64,000 nt of DNA, from positions 13,826,001-13,890,000 of the forward strand of contig OZ024744.1 of NCBI GenBank assembly GCA_964016885.1. Reading direction: 5' to 3'. This document shows positions 36,401 to 50,946 of the stretch, in pieces. Within the stretch, counting starts at the first letter, position 1; the number at the start of each line of letters is the position of its first letter. The stretch is from Eledone cirrhosa (lineage: Eukaryota). The translations under genes and the position numbers were made by a program. The notes under the pieces were generated by a model, which was not told the DNA's origin, did no database searches, and was given only the letters and a program-made list of their open reading frames with translations.

Positions 36401-39400
36401 CTCTCTAAATTGAGAGATCACAACTCCTATACTATGAACATGGGGTTAGAATGTCTCAGTAGATCAGAGAGTCACTCCAGTTAAAGCCACTCTCTAAATT
36501 GAGAGATCACAACTCGAATACTATGGACATGGGGTTTGAATGTCTCAGTACATCTGAGTGTCACTCCAGTTAAAGTTACTCTCTAAATTGAGAGATCACA
36601 ACTCCAATACTATGGACATGGGGTTTCAATGTCTCAGTAGATCAGAGAGTCACTCCAGTTAAAGCCACACTCTAAATTGAGAGATCACAACTCCAATACT
36701 ATGGACATGTGATTAGAATGTCTCAGTAGATCAGAGTGTCACTCCAGTTAAAGCTACTCTCTAAATTGGGAGATTACAACTCCAATACTATGGACATGGG
36801 GTTTGAATGTCTCAGTAGATCAGAGAGTCGCTCAAGTTAAAGCCACTCTCTAAATTGAGAGATCACAACTCCCATACTATGGACGTGTGGTTAGAATGTC
36901 TCAGTAGATCAGAGAATCACTCCAGTTAAAGCTACTCTCTAAATTGAGAGATCACATCTCCCATACTATGGACATGTGGTTAGAATGTCTCAGTAGATTA
37001 GACTGTCATTCGAGTTAAAGCTACTCTCGAAATTGAGAGATCACAACTCCCATACTATTGTCATGTGGGTAGATTGTCTCAGTAGATCATAGAATCACTC
37101 CAGTTAAAGCCACTAATTCTCTAAATTGAGAGATCACAACTTCCATACTATGGACATGTGGTTAGAATGTCTCAGTAGATCAGAGAGTCACTCTTGTTAA
37201 AGCTACTCTCTAAATTGAGAGATCACAACTCCTATACTATGGACATGTGGTTAGAATGTCTCAGTAGATCAGAGTTCACTCCAGTTAAAGCCACTCTCTA
37301 AATTGAGAGACCACAACTCCTATACTATGGACATGGGGTTTGAATGTCTCAGTAGATCAGAGTGTCAATCCAGTTAAAGTTACTCTCTAAATTGAGAGAT
37401 CACAACTCCCATACTATGGACGTGTGGTTAGAATGTCTCAGTAGATCAGAGAATCACTCCAGTTAAAGCTACTCTCTAAATTGAGAGATCACATCTCCCA
37501 TACTATGGACATGTGGTTAGAATGTCTCAGTAGATTAGAGTGTCATTCGAGTTAAAGCTACTCTCGAAATTGAGAGATCACAACTCCCATACTATTGACA
37601 TGTGGGTAGAATGTCTCAGTATATCAGAGAGTCACTCCAGTTAAAGCCACTAATTCTCTAAATTGAGAGATCACAACTCCCATACTATGGACATGTGGTT
37701 AGAATGTCTCAGTAGATCAGAGAGTCACTCCAGTTAAAGCTAATCTCTAAATTGAGAGATCACAACTCCAATACCATGGACATGGGGTTTGAAAGTCTCA
37801 GTAGATCAGAGTTTCACTCCAGTTAAAGCTACTCTCTAAATTGAGAGATTACAACTCCAATACTATGGACATGGGGTTTGAAAGTCTCAGTAGATCAGAG
37901 TGTCACTCCAGTTAAAGCTACTCTCTAAATTGAGAGTTTAAAACTCCAATACTATGGACATGTGGTTAGAATGTCTCAGTAGATTAGAGAGTCACTCCAG
38001 TTAAAGCCACTCTCTAAATTGAGAGATCACAACTCCAATACTATGGACATGTGATTAGAATGTCTCAGTAGATTAGAGAGTCACTCCAGTTAAAGCCACT
38101 CTCCAAATTGAGAGATCACAACTCCAATACTATGGACATGTGGTTAGAATGTCTCAGTAGATCAGAGAGTCACTCCAGTTAAAGCCACTCTCTAAATTGA
38201 GAGATCACAACTCGAATACTATGGACATGGGGTTTGAATGTCTCAGTACATCAGAGTGTCACTCCAGTTAAAGCTACTCTCTAAATTGAGAGATCACAAC
38301 TCCAATACTATGGACATGGGGTTTAAATGTCTCAGTAGATCAGAGAGTCACTCCAGTTAAAGCCACTCTCTAAATTGAGAGATCACAACTCCAATACTAT
38401 GGACATGTGTTTAGAATGTCTCAGTAGATCAGAGAATCACTCCAGTTAAAGCTACTCTCTAAATTGAGAGATCACAACTCCCTAACTATGGACATGTGGT
38501 TAGAACGTCTCAGTAGATCAGAGAGTCACTCCAGTTAAAGTCACTCTCTAAATTGAGAGATCACAACTCCCATACTCTGGACGTGTGGTTAGAATGTCTC
38601 AGTACATCAGAGAATCACTCCAGTTAAAACTACTCTCTAAATTGAGAGATAACAACTCCCATACTATGGGCATGTGGTTAGAATGTCTTAGTAGATCAGA
38701 GAGTCACTCCAGTTAAAGCTACTCTCTAAATTGAGAGATCACAACTCCAATACTATGGACATGTGTTTAGAATGTCTCAGTAGATCAGAGTGTCACTCCA
38801 GTTAAAGCTACTCTCTAAATTGAGAGATTACAACTCCAATACTATGGACATGGGGTTTGAATGTCTCAGTAGATCAGAGAGTCACTCCAGTTAAAGCTAC
38901 TCTCTAAATTGAGAGATCACAACTCCTATACTATGAACATGTGGTTAGAATGTCTCAGTAGATCAGAGAATCACTCCAGTTAAAGCTACTCTCTAAATTG
39001 AGAGATCACAACTCCTATACTATGGACATGGGGTTAGAATGTCTCAGTAGATCAGAGTGTCACTCCAGTTAAAGCCACTCTCTAAATTGAGAGATCACAA
39101 CTCCCAAACTATGGACATGTCGTTAGAATGTCTCAGTAGATCAGAGAGTCACTCCAGTTAAAGCCACTCTCTAAATAGAGAGATCACAACTCCAATACTA
39201 TGGACATGGGGTTTGAATGTCTCAGTAGATCAGAGAGTCACTCCAGTTAAAGCTACTCTCTAAATTGAGAGATCACAACTCCAATACTATGGACATGGGG
39301 TTTGAATGTCTCAGTAGATCAGAGAGTCACTCCAGTTAAAGCCACTCTCTAAATTGAGAGATCACAACTCCAATACTATGGTCATGTGGTTAGAATGCCT

Positions 39401-40859
39401 CAGTAGATCAGAGAGTCACTCCAGTTAAAGCCACTCTCTAAATTGAGAGGTCACAACTCCAATACTATGGACATGGGATTTGAAAGTCTCAGTAGATCAG
39501 AGTGTCACTCCAGTTAAAGCTACTCTCTAAATTGAGAGATTACAACTCCAATACTATGGACATGGGGTTTGAATGTCTCAGTAGATCAGAGAGTCACTCC
39601 AGTTAAAGCTACTCTCTAAATTGAGAGATCACAACTCCAATACTATGGACATGGGGTTTGAAAGTCTCAGTAGATCAGAGTGTCACTCCAGTTAAAGGTA
39701 ATCTCTAAATTGAGAGATCACAACTCCAATACTATGGACATGGGGTTTGAATGTCTCAGTAGATCAGAGTGTCACTCCAGTTAAAGCTACTCTCTAAATT
39801 GAGAGATCACAACTCCAATACTATGGACATGGGGTTTGAATGTCTCAGTAGATCAGAGAGTCACTTCAGTTAAAGCTACCCTCTAAATTGAGAGATCACA
39901 ACTCCAATAGTATGGACATGGGGTTTGAAAGTCTCAGTAGATCAGAGTGTCACTCCAGTTAAAGCTACTCTCTAAATTGAGAGATTACAACTCCAATACT
40001 ATGGACATGTGGTTAGAAAGTCTCGGTAGATTAGAGAGTCACTCCAGTTAAAGCCACTCTCTAAATTGAGAGATCATAACTTCCATACTATGGACATGTG
40101 GTTAGAATGTCTCAGTAGATCAGAGAGTCACTCCAGTTAAAGCCACTCTCTAAATTGAGAGATCACAACTTGAATACTATGGACATGGGGTTTGAATGTC
40201 TCAGTACATCAGAGTGTCACTCCAGTTAAAGTTACTCTCTAAATTGAGAGATCACAACTCCAATACTATGGACATGGGGTTTGACTGTCTCAGAAGATCA
40301 GAGAGTCACTCCAGTTAAAGCCACTCTCTAAATTGAGAGATCACAACTCCAATACTATGGACATGTGGTTAGAATGTCTCAGTAGATCAGAGTGTCACTC
40401 CAGTTAAAGCTACTCTCTAAATTGAGAGATTACAACTCCAATACTATGGACATGGGGTTTGAATGTCTCAGTAGATCAGAGAGTCACTCCAGTTAAAGCC
40501 TCTCTCTAAATTGAGAGATCACAACTCCCATACTATGGACGTGTGGTTAGAATGTCTCAGTACATCAGAGAATCACTCCAGTTAAAACTACTCTCTAAAT
40601 TGAGAGATCACAACTCCCATACTATGGACATGTGGTTAGAATGTCTCAGTAGATCAGAGAGTCACTCCAGTTAAAGCCACTCTCTAAATTGAGAGATCAC
40701 AACTCCCATACTATGGACATGTGGTTAGAATGTCTCAGTAGATCAGAGAGTCACTCCAGTTAAAGCTACTCTCTAAATTGAGAGATCACAACTCCTATAA
40801 TATGAACATGGGGTTAGAATGTCTCAGTAGATCAGAGTGTCACTCCAGTTAAAGCCACT

Positions 40860-43800
40860 CTCTAAATTGAGAGATCACAACTCCCATACTATGGACATGT
40901 GGTTAGAATGTCTCAGTAGATCAGAGAGCCACTCCAGTTAAAGCTACTCTCTAAATTGAGAGATCACAACTCCAATACTATGGACATGTGGTTAGAATGT
41001 CTCAGTAGATCAGAGAGTCATTCCAGTTAAAGCCACTCTCTAAATTGAGAGATCACAACTCCCGTACTATGGACGTGTGGTTAGAATGTCTCAGTAGATC
41101 AGAGAATCACTCCAGTTAAAGCTACTCTCTAAATTGAGAGATCACAACTCCAATACTATGGACATGGGGTTTGAATGTCTCAGTAGATCAGAGTGTCACT
41201 CCAGTTAAAGCTACTCTCTAAATTGAGAGATCACAACTCCAATACTATGGACATGGGGTTTGAAAGTCTCAGTAGATCAGAGAGTCATTCCAGTTAAAGC
41301 CACTAATTCTCTAAATTGAGAGATCACAACTCCAATACTATGGACATGTGGTTAGAATGTCTCAGTAGATTAGAGAGTCACTCCAGTTAAAGCCACTCTC
41401 TAAATTGAGAGATCATAACTTCCATACTATGGACATGTGGTTAGAATGTCTCAGTAGATCAGAGAGTCACTCCAGTTAAAGCCACTCTCTAAATTGAGAG
41501 ATCACAACTCCCTAACTATGGACATGTGGTTAGAATGTCTCAGTAGATCAGAGAGTCACTCCAGTTAAAGCCACTCTTTAAATTGAGAGATCACAACTCC
41601 CATACTCTGGACGTGTGGTTAGAATGTCTCAGTACATCAGAGAATCACTCCAGTTAAAACTACTCTCTAAATTGAGAGATCACAACTCCCATACTATGGA
41701 CGTGTGGTTAGAATGTCTTAGTAGATCAGAGAGTCACTCCAGTTAAAGCTACTCTCTAAATTGAGAGATCACAACTCCCATACTATGGACATGTGGTTAG
41801 AATGTCTCAGTAGATCAGAGAGTCACTCCAGTTAAAGCCACTCTCTAAATTGAGAGATCACAACTCCCATACTATGGACATGTGGTTAGAATGTCTCAGT
41901 AGATCAGAGAGTCACTCCAGTTAAAGCTACTCTCTAAATTGAGAGATCACAACTCCTATACTATGAACATGGGGTTAGAATGTCTCAGTAGATCAGAGAG
42001 TCACTCCAGTTAAAGCCACTCTCTAAATTGAGAGATCACAACTCGAATACTATGGACATGGGGTTTGAATGTCTCAGTACATCTGAGTGTCACTCCAGTT
42101 AAAGTTACTCTCTAAATTGAGAGATCACAACTCCAATACTATGGACATGGGGTTTCAATGTCTCAGTAGATCAGAGAGTCACTCCAGTTAAAGCCACACT
42201 CTAAATTGAGAGATCACAACTCCAATACTATGGACATGTGATTAGAATGTCTCAGTAGATCAGAGTGTCACTCCAGTTAAAGCTACTCTCTAAATTGGGA
42301 GATTACAACTCCAATACTATGGACATGGGGTTTGAATGTCTCAGTAGATCAGAGAGTCGCTCAAGTTAAAGCCACTCTCTAAATTGAGAGATCACAACTC
42401 CCATACTATGGACGTGTGGTTAGAATGTCTCAGTAGATCAGAGAATCACTCCAGTTAAAGCTACTCTCTAAATTGAGAGATCACATCTCCCATACTATGG
42501 ACATGTGGTTAGAATGTCTCAGTAGATTAGACTGTCATTCGAGTTAAAGCTACTCTCGAAATTGAGAGATCACAACTCCCATACTATTGACATGTCGGTA
42601 GATTGTCTCAGTAGATCATAGAATCACTCCAGTTAAAGCCACTAATTCTCTAAATTGAGAGATCACAACTTCCATACTATGGACATGTGGTTAGAATGTC
42701 TCAGTAGATCAGAGAGTCACTCTTGTTAAAGCTACTCTCTAAATTGAGAGATCACAACTCCTATACTATGGACATGTGGTTAGAATGTCTCAGTAGATCA
42801 GAGTTCACTCCAGTTAAAGCCACTCTCTAAATTGAGAGACCACAACTCCTATACTATGGACATGGGGTTTGAATGTCTCAGTAGATCAGAGTGTCAATCC
42901 AGTTAAAGTTACTCTCTAAATTGAGAGATCACAACTCCCATACTATGGACGTGTGGTTAGAATGTCTCAGTAGATCAGAGGATCACTCCAGTTAAAGCTA
43001 CTCTCTAAATTGAGAGATCACATCTCCCATACTATGGACATGTGGTTAGAATGTCTCAGTAGATTAGAGTGTCATTCGAGTTAAAGCTACTCTCGAAATT
43101 GAGAGATCACAACTCCCATACTATTGACATGTGGGTAGAATGTCTCAGTAGATCAGAGAGTCACTCCAGTTAAAGCCACTAATTCTCTAAATTGAGAGAT
43201 CACAACTCCCATACTATGGACATGTGGTTAGAATGTCTCAGTAGATCAGAGAGCCACTCCAGTTAAAGCTACTCTCTAAATTGAGAGATCACAACTCCAA
43301 TACTATGGACATGTGGTTAGAATGTCTCAGTAGATCAGAGAGTCATTCCAGTTAAAGCCACTCTCTAAATTGAGAGATCACAACTCCCGTACTATGGACG
43401 TGTGGTTAGAGTGTCTCAGTAGATCAGAGAATCACTCCAGTTAAAGCTACTCTCTAAATTGAGAGATCACATCTCCCATACTATGGACATGTGGTTAGAA
43501 TGTCTCAGTAGATCAGAGAGTCACTCTTGTTAAAGCTACTCTCTAAATTGAGAGATCACAACTCCTATACTATGGACATGGGGTTAGAATGTCTCAGTAG
43601 ATCAGAGTGTCACTCCAGTTAAAGCCACTCTCTAAATTGAGAGATCACAACTCCCAAACTATGGACATGTCGTTAGAATGTCTCAGTAGATCAGAGAGTC
43701 ACTCCAGTTAAAGCCACTCTCTAAATAGAGAGATCACAACTCCAATACTATGGACATGGGGTTTGAAAGTCTCAGTAGATTAGAGTGTCACTCCAGTTAA

Positions 43801-45930
43801 AGCTACTCTCTAAATTGAGAGATCACAACTCCAATACTATGGACATGGGGTTTGAATGTCTCAGTAGATCAGAGTGTCACTCCAGTTAAAGCTACTCTCT
43901 AAATTGAGAGATCACAACTCCAATACTATGGACATGGGGTTTGAAAGTCTCAGTAGATCAGAGAGTCATTCCAGTTAAAGCCACTAATTCTCTAAATTGA
44001 GAGATCACAACTCCAATACTATGGACATGTGGTTAGAATGTCTCAGTAGATTAGAGAGTCACTCCAGTTAAAGCCACTCTCTAAATTGAGAGATCATAAC
44101 TTCCATACTATGGACATGTGGTTAGAATGTCTCAGTAGATCAGAGAGTCACTCCAGTTAAAGCCACTCTCTAAATTGAGAGATCACAACTCCCTAACTAT
44201 GGACATGTGGTTAGAATGTCTCAGTAGATCAGAGAGTCACTCCAGTTAAAGCCACTCTTTAAATTGAGAGATCACAACTCCCATACTCTGGACGTGTGGT
44301 TAGAATGTCTCAGTACATCAGAGAATCACTCCAGTTAAAACTACTCTCTAAATTGAGAGATCACAACTCCCATACTATGGACGTGTGGTTAGAATGTCTT
44401 AGTAGATCAGAGAGTCACTCCAGTTAAAGCTACTCTCTAAATTGAGAGATCACAACTCCCATACTATGGACATGTGGTTAGAATGTCTCAGTAGATCAGA
44501 GAGTCACTCCAGTTAAAGCCACTCTCTAAATTGAGAGATCACAACTCCCATACTATGGACATGTGGTTAGAATGTCTCAGTAGATCAGAGAGTCACTCCA
44601 GTTAAAGCTACTCTCTAAATTGAGAGATCACAACTCCTATACTATGAACATGGGGTTAGAATGTCTCAGTAGATCAGAGAGTCACTCCAGTTAAAGCCAC
44701 TCTCTAAATTGAGAGATCACAACTCGAATACTATGGACATGGGGTTTGAATGTCTCAGTACATCTGAGTGTCACTCCAGTTAAAGTTACTCTCTAAATTG
44801 AGAGATCACAACTCCAATACTCTGGACATGGGGTTTCAATGTCTCAGTAGATCAGAGAGTCACTCCAGTTAAAGCCACACTCTAAATTGAGAGATCACAA
44901 CTCCAATACTATGGACATGTGATTAGAATGTCTCAGTATATCAGAGTGTCACTCCAGTTAAATCTACTCTCTAAATTGGGAGATTACAACTCCAATACTA
45001 TGGACATGGGGTTTGAATGTCTCAGTAGATCAGAGAGTCGCTCAAGTTAAAGCCACTCTCTAAATTGAGAGATCACAACTCCCATACTATGGACGTGTGG
45101 TTAGAATGTCTCAGTAGATCAGAGAATCACTCCAGTTAAAGCTACTCTCTAAATTGAGAGATCACATCTCCCATACTATGGACATGTGGTTAGAATGTCT
45201 CAGTAGATTAGACTGTCATTCGAGTTAAAGCTACTCTCGAAATTGAGAGATCACAACTCCCATACTATTGACATGTGGGTAGATTGTCTCAGTAGATCAT
45301 AGAATCACTCCAGTTAAAGCCACTAATTCTCTAAATTGAGAGATCACAACTTCCATACTATGGACATGTGGTTAGAATGTCTCAGTAGATCAGAGAGTCA
45401 CTCTTGTTAAAGCTACTCTCTAAATTGAGAGATCACAACTCCTATACTATGGACATGTGGTTAGAATGTCTCAGTAGATCAGAGTTCACTCCAGTTAAAG
45501 CCACTCTCTAAATTGAGAGACCACAACTCCTATACTATGGACATGGGGTTTGAATGTCTCAGTAGATCAGAGTGTCAATCCAGTTAAAGTTACTCTCTAA
45601 ATTGAGAGATCACAACTCCCATACTATGGACGTGTGGTTAGAATGTCTCAGTAGATCAGAGAATCACTCCAGTTAAAGCTACTCTCTAAATTGAGAGATC
45701 ACATCTCCCATACTATGGACATGTGGTTAGAATGTCTCAGTAGATTAGAGTGTCATTCGAGTTAAAGCTACTCTCGAAATTGAGAGATCACAACTCCCAT
45801 ACTATTGACATGTGGGTAGAATGTCTCAGTAGATCAGAGAGTCACTCCAGTTAAAGCCACTAATTCTCTAAATTGAGAGATCACAACTCCCATACTATGG
45901 ACATGTGGTTAGAATGTCTCAGTAGATCAG
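40860..45930. repeat. Tandem duplication of 26-30 monomers (offsets 2325 then 2681 bp)
   Basis: GAGCCACTCC 40926/43251 (+2325); GTCATTCC...CCACTAATT 41300/43981 and GCCACACTC 42193/44874 (+2681). Confidence 0.8.
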
Positions 45931-48900
45931 AGAGTCACTCCAGTTAAAGCTACTCTCTAAATTGAGAGATCACAACTCCAATACCATGGACATGGGGTTT
46001 GAAAGTCTCAGTAGATCAGAGTTTCACTCCAGTTAAAGCTACTCTCTAGATTGAGAGATTACAACTCCAATACTATGGACATGGGGTTTGAAAGTCTCAG
46101 TAGATCAGAGTGTCACTCCAGTTAAAGCTACTCTCTAAATTGAGAGTTTAAAACTCCAATACTATGGACATGTGGTTAGAATGTCTCAGTAGATTAGAGA
46201 GTCACTCCAGTTAAAGCCACTCTCTAAATTGAGAGATCACAACTCCAATACTATGGACATGTGATTAGAATGTCTCAGTAGATTAGAGAGTCACTCCAGT
46301 TAAAGCCACTCTCCAAATTGAGAGATCACAACTCCAATACTATGGACATGTGGTTAGAATGTCTCAGTAGATCAGAGAGTCACTCCAGTTAAAGCCACTC
46401 TCTAAATTGAGAGATCACAACTCGAATACTATGGACATGGGGTTTGAATGTCTCAGTACATCAGAGTGTCACTCCAGTTAAAGCTACTCTCTAAATTGAG
46501 AGATCACAACTCCAATACTATGGACATGGGGTTTAAATGTCTCAGTAGATCAGAGAGTCACTCCAGTTAAAGCCACTCTCTAAATTGAGAGATCACAACT
46601 CCAATACTATGGACATGTGTTTAGAATGTCTCAGTAGATCAGAGTGTCACTCCAGTTAAAGCTACTCTCTAAATTGAGAGATTACAACTCCAATACTATG
46701 GACATGGGGTTTGAATGTCTCAGTAGATCAGAGAGTCACTCCAGTTAAAGCTACTCTCTAAATTGAGAGATCACAACTCCCATACTATGGACATGGGGTT
46801 AGAATGTCTCAGTAGATCAGAGAGTCATTCCAGTTAAAGCCACTCTCTAAATTGAGAGATCACAACTCCCATACTATGGACGTGTGGTTAGAATGTCTCA
46901 GTAGATCAGAGAAATACTCCAGTTAAAGCTACTCTCTAAATTGAGAGATCACAACTCCCTAACTATGGACATGTGGTTAGAACGTCTCAGTAGATCAGAG
47001 AGTCACTCCAGTTAAAGTCACTCTCTAAATTGAGAGATCACAACTCCCATACTCTGGACGTGTGGTTAGAATGTCTCAGTACATCAGAGAATCACTCCAG
47101 TTAAAACTACTCTCTAAATTGAGAGATAACAACTCCCATACTATGGGCATGTGGTTAGAATGTCTTAGTAGATCAGAGAGTCACTCCAGTTAAAGCTACT
47201 CTCTAAATTGAGAGATCACAACTCCAATACTATGGACATGTGTTTAGAATGTCTCAGTAGATCAGAGTGTCACTCCAGTTAAAGCTACTCTCTAAATTGA
47301 GAGATTACAACTCCAATACTATGGACATGGGGTTTGAATGTCTCAGTAGATCAGAGAGTCACTCCAGTTAAAGCTACTCTCTAAATTGAGAGATCACAAC
47401 TCCTATACTATGAACATGTGGTTAGAATGTCTCAGTAGATCAGAGAATCACTCCAGTTAAAGCTACTCTCTAAATTGAGAGATCACAACTCCTATACTAT
47501 GGACATGGGGTTAGAATGTCTCAGTAGATCAGAGTGTCACTCCAGTTAAAGCCACTCTCTAAATTGAGAGATCACAACTCCCAAACTATGGACATGTCGT
47601 TAGAATGTCTCAGTAGATCAGAGAGTCACTCCAGTTAAAGCCACTCTCTAAATAGAGAGATCACAACTCCAATACTATGGACATGGGGTTTGAATGTCTC
47701 AGTAGATCAGAGAGTCACTCCAGTTAAAGCTACTCTCTAAATTGAGAGATCGCAACTCCAATACTATGGACATGGGGTTTGAATGTCTCAGTAGATCAGA
47801 GAGTCACTCCAGTTAAAGCCACTCTCTAAATTGAGAGATCACAACTCCAATACTATGGTCATGTGGTTAGAATGCCTTAGTAGATCAGAGAGTCACTCCA
47901 GTTAAAGCTACTCTCTAAATTGAGAGATCACAACTCCAATACTATGGACATGGGGTTTGAATGTCTCAGTAGATCAGAGTGTCACTCCAGTTAAAGCTAC
48001 TCTCTAAATTGAGAGATCACAACTCCAATACTATGGACATGGGGTTTGAAAGTCTCAGTAGATCAGAGAGTCATTCCAGTTAAAGCCACTAATTCTCTAA
48101 ATTGAGAGATCACAACTCCAATACTATGGACATGTGGTTAGAATGTCTCAGTAGATTAGAGAGTCACTCCAGTTAAAGCCACTCTCTAAATTGAGAGATC
48201 ATAACTTCCATACTATGGACATGTGGTTAGAATGTCTCAGTAGATCAGAGAGTCACTCCAGTTAAAGCCACTCTCTAAATTGAGAGATCACAACTCCCTA
48301 ACTATGGACATATGGTTAGAATGTCTCAGTAGATCAGAGAGTCACTCCAGTTAAAGCCACTCTTTAAATTGAGAGATCACAACTCCCATACTCTGGACGT
48401 GTGGTTAGAATGTCTCAGTACATCAGAGAATCACTCCAGTTAAAACTACTCTCTAAATTGAGAGATCACAACTCCCATACTATGGACGTGTGGTTAGAAT
48501 GTCTTAGTAGATCAGAGAGTCACTCCAGTTAAAGCTACTCTCTAAATTGAGAGATCACAACTCCCATACTATGGACATGTGGTTAGAATGTCTCAGTAGA
48601 TCAGAGAGTCACTCCAGTTAAAGCCACTCTCTAAATTGAGAGATCACAACTCCCATACTATGGACATGTGGTTAGAATGTCTCAGTAGATCAGAGAGTCA
48701 CTCCAGTTAAAGCTACTCTCTAAATTGAGAGATCACAACTCCTATACTATGAACATGGGGTTAGAATGTCTCAGTAGATCAGAGAGTCACTCCAGTTAAA
48801 GCCACTCTCTAAATTGAGAGATCACAACTCGAATACTATGGACATGGGGTTTGAATGTCTCAGTACATCTGAGTGTCACTCCAGTTAAAGTTACTCTCTA

Positions 48901-50946
48901 AATTGAGAGATCACAACTCCAATACTATGGACATGGGGTTTCAATGTCTCAGTAGATCAGAGAGTCACTCCAGTTAAAGCCACACTCTAAATTGAGAGAT
49001 CACAACTCCAATACTATGGACATGTGATTAGAATGTCTCAGTAGATCAGAGTGTCACTCCAGTTAAAGCTACTCTCTAAATTGGGAGATTACAACTCCAA
49101 TACTATGGACATGGGGTTTGAATGTCTCAGTAGATCAGAGAGTCGCTCAAGTTAAAGCCACTCTCTAAATTGAGAGATCACAACTCCCATACTATGGACG
49201 TGTGGTTAGAATGTCTCAGTAGATCAGAGAATCACTCCAGTTAAAGCTACTCTCTAAATTGAGAGATCACATCTCCCATACTATGGACATGTGGTTAGAA
49301 TGTCTCAGTAGATTAGACTGTCATTCGAGTTAAAGCTACTCTCGAAATTGAGAGATCACAACTCCCATACTATTGACATGTGGGTAGATTGTCTCAGTAG
49401 ATCATAGAATCACTCCAGTTAAAGCCACTAATTCTCTAAATTGAGAGATCACAACTTCCATACTATGGACATGTGGTTAGAATGTCTCAGTAGATCAGAG
49501 AGTCACTCTTGTTAAAGCTACTCTCTAAATTGAGAGATCACAACTCCTATACTATGGACATGTGGTTAGAATGTCTCAGTAGATCAGAGTTCACTCCAGT
49601 TAAAGCCACTCTCTAAATTGAGAGACCACAACTCCTATACTATGGACATGGGGTTTGAATGTCTCAGTAGATCAGAGTGTCAATCCAGTTAAAGTTACTC
49701 TCTAAATTGAGAGATCACAACTCCCATACTATGGACGTGTGGTTAGAATGTCTCAGTAGATCAGAGAATCACTCCAGTTAAAGCTACTCTCTAAATTGAG
49801 AGATCACATCTCCCATACTATGGACATGTGGTTAGAATGTCTCAGTAGATTAGAGTGTCATTCGAGTTAAAGCTACTCTCGAAATTGAGAGATCACAACT
49901 CCCATACTATTGACATGTGGGTAGAATGTCTCAGTAGATCAGAGAGTCACTCCAGTTAAAGCCACTAATTCTCTAAATTGAGAGATCACAACTCCCATAC
50001 TATGGACATGTGGTTAGAATGTCTCAGTAGATCAGAGAGTCACTCCAGTTAAAGCTACTCTCTAAATTGAGAGATCACAACTCCAATACCATGGACATGG
50101 GGTTTGAAAGTCTCAGTAGATCAGAGTTTCACTCCAGTTAAAGCTACTCTCTAGATTGAGAGATTACAACTCCAATACTATGGACATGGGGTTTGAAAGT
50201 CTCAGTAGATCAGAGTGTCACTCCAGTTAAAGCTACTCTCTAAATTGAGAGTTTAAAACTCCAATACTATGGACATGTGGTTAGAATGTCTCAGTAGATT
50301 AGAGAGTCACTCCAGTTAAAGCCACTCTCTAAATTGAGAGATCACAACTCCAATACTATGGACATGTGATTAGAATGTCTCAGTAGATTAGAGAGTCACT
50401 CCAGTTAAAGCCACTCTCCAAATTGAGAGATCACAACTCCAATACTATGGACATGTGGTTAGAATGTCTCAGTAGATCAGAGAGTCACTCCAGTTAAAGC
50501 CACTCTCTAAATTGAGAGATCACAACTCGAATACTATGGACATGGGGTTTGAATGTCTCAGTACATCAGAGTGTCACTCCAGTTAAAGCTACTCTCTAAA
50601 TTGAGAGATCACAACTCCAATACTATGGACATGGGGTTTAAATGTCTCAGTAGATCAGAGAGTCACTCCAGTTAAAGCCACTCTCTAAATTGAGAGATCA
50701 CAACTCCAATACTATGGACATGTGTTTAGAATGTCTCAGTAGATCAGAGTGTCACTCCAGTTAAAGCTACTCTCTAAATTGAGAGATTACAACTCCAATA
50801 CTATGGACATGGGGTTTGAATGTCTCAGTAGATCAGAGAGTCACTCCAGTTAAAGCTACTCTCTAAATTGAGAGATCACAACTCCCATACTATGGACATG
50901 GGGTTAGAATGTCTCAGTAGATCAGAGAGTCATTCCAGTTAAAGCC
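43810..50946. repeat. Higher-order repeat at 4105-bp (46-monomer) offset
   Basis: GCCACACTC 44874/48979, ACTCTCTAGATT 46041/50146 and CCACTAATT 43981/48086 are all +4105. Confidence 0.82.
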
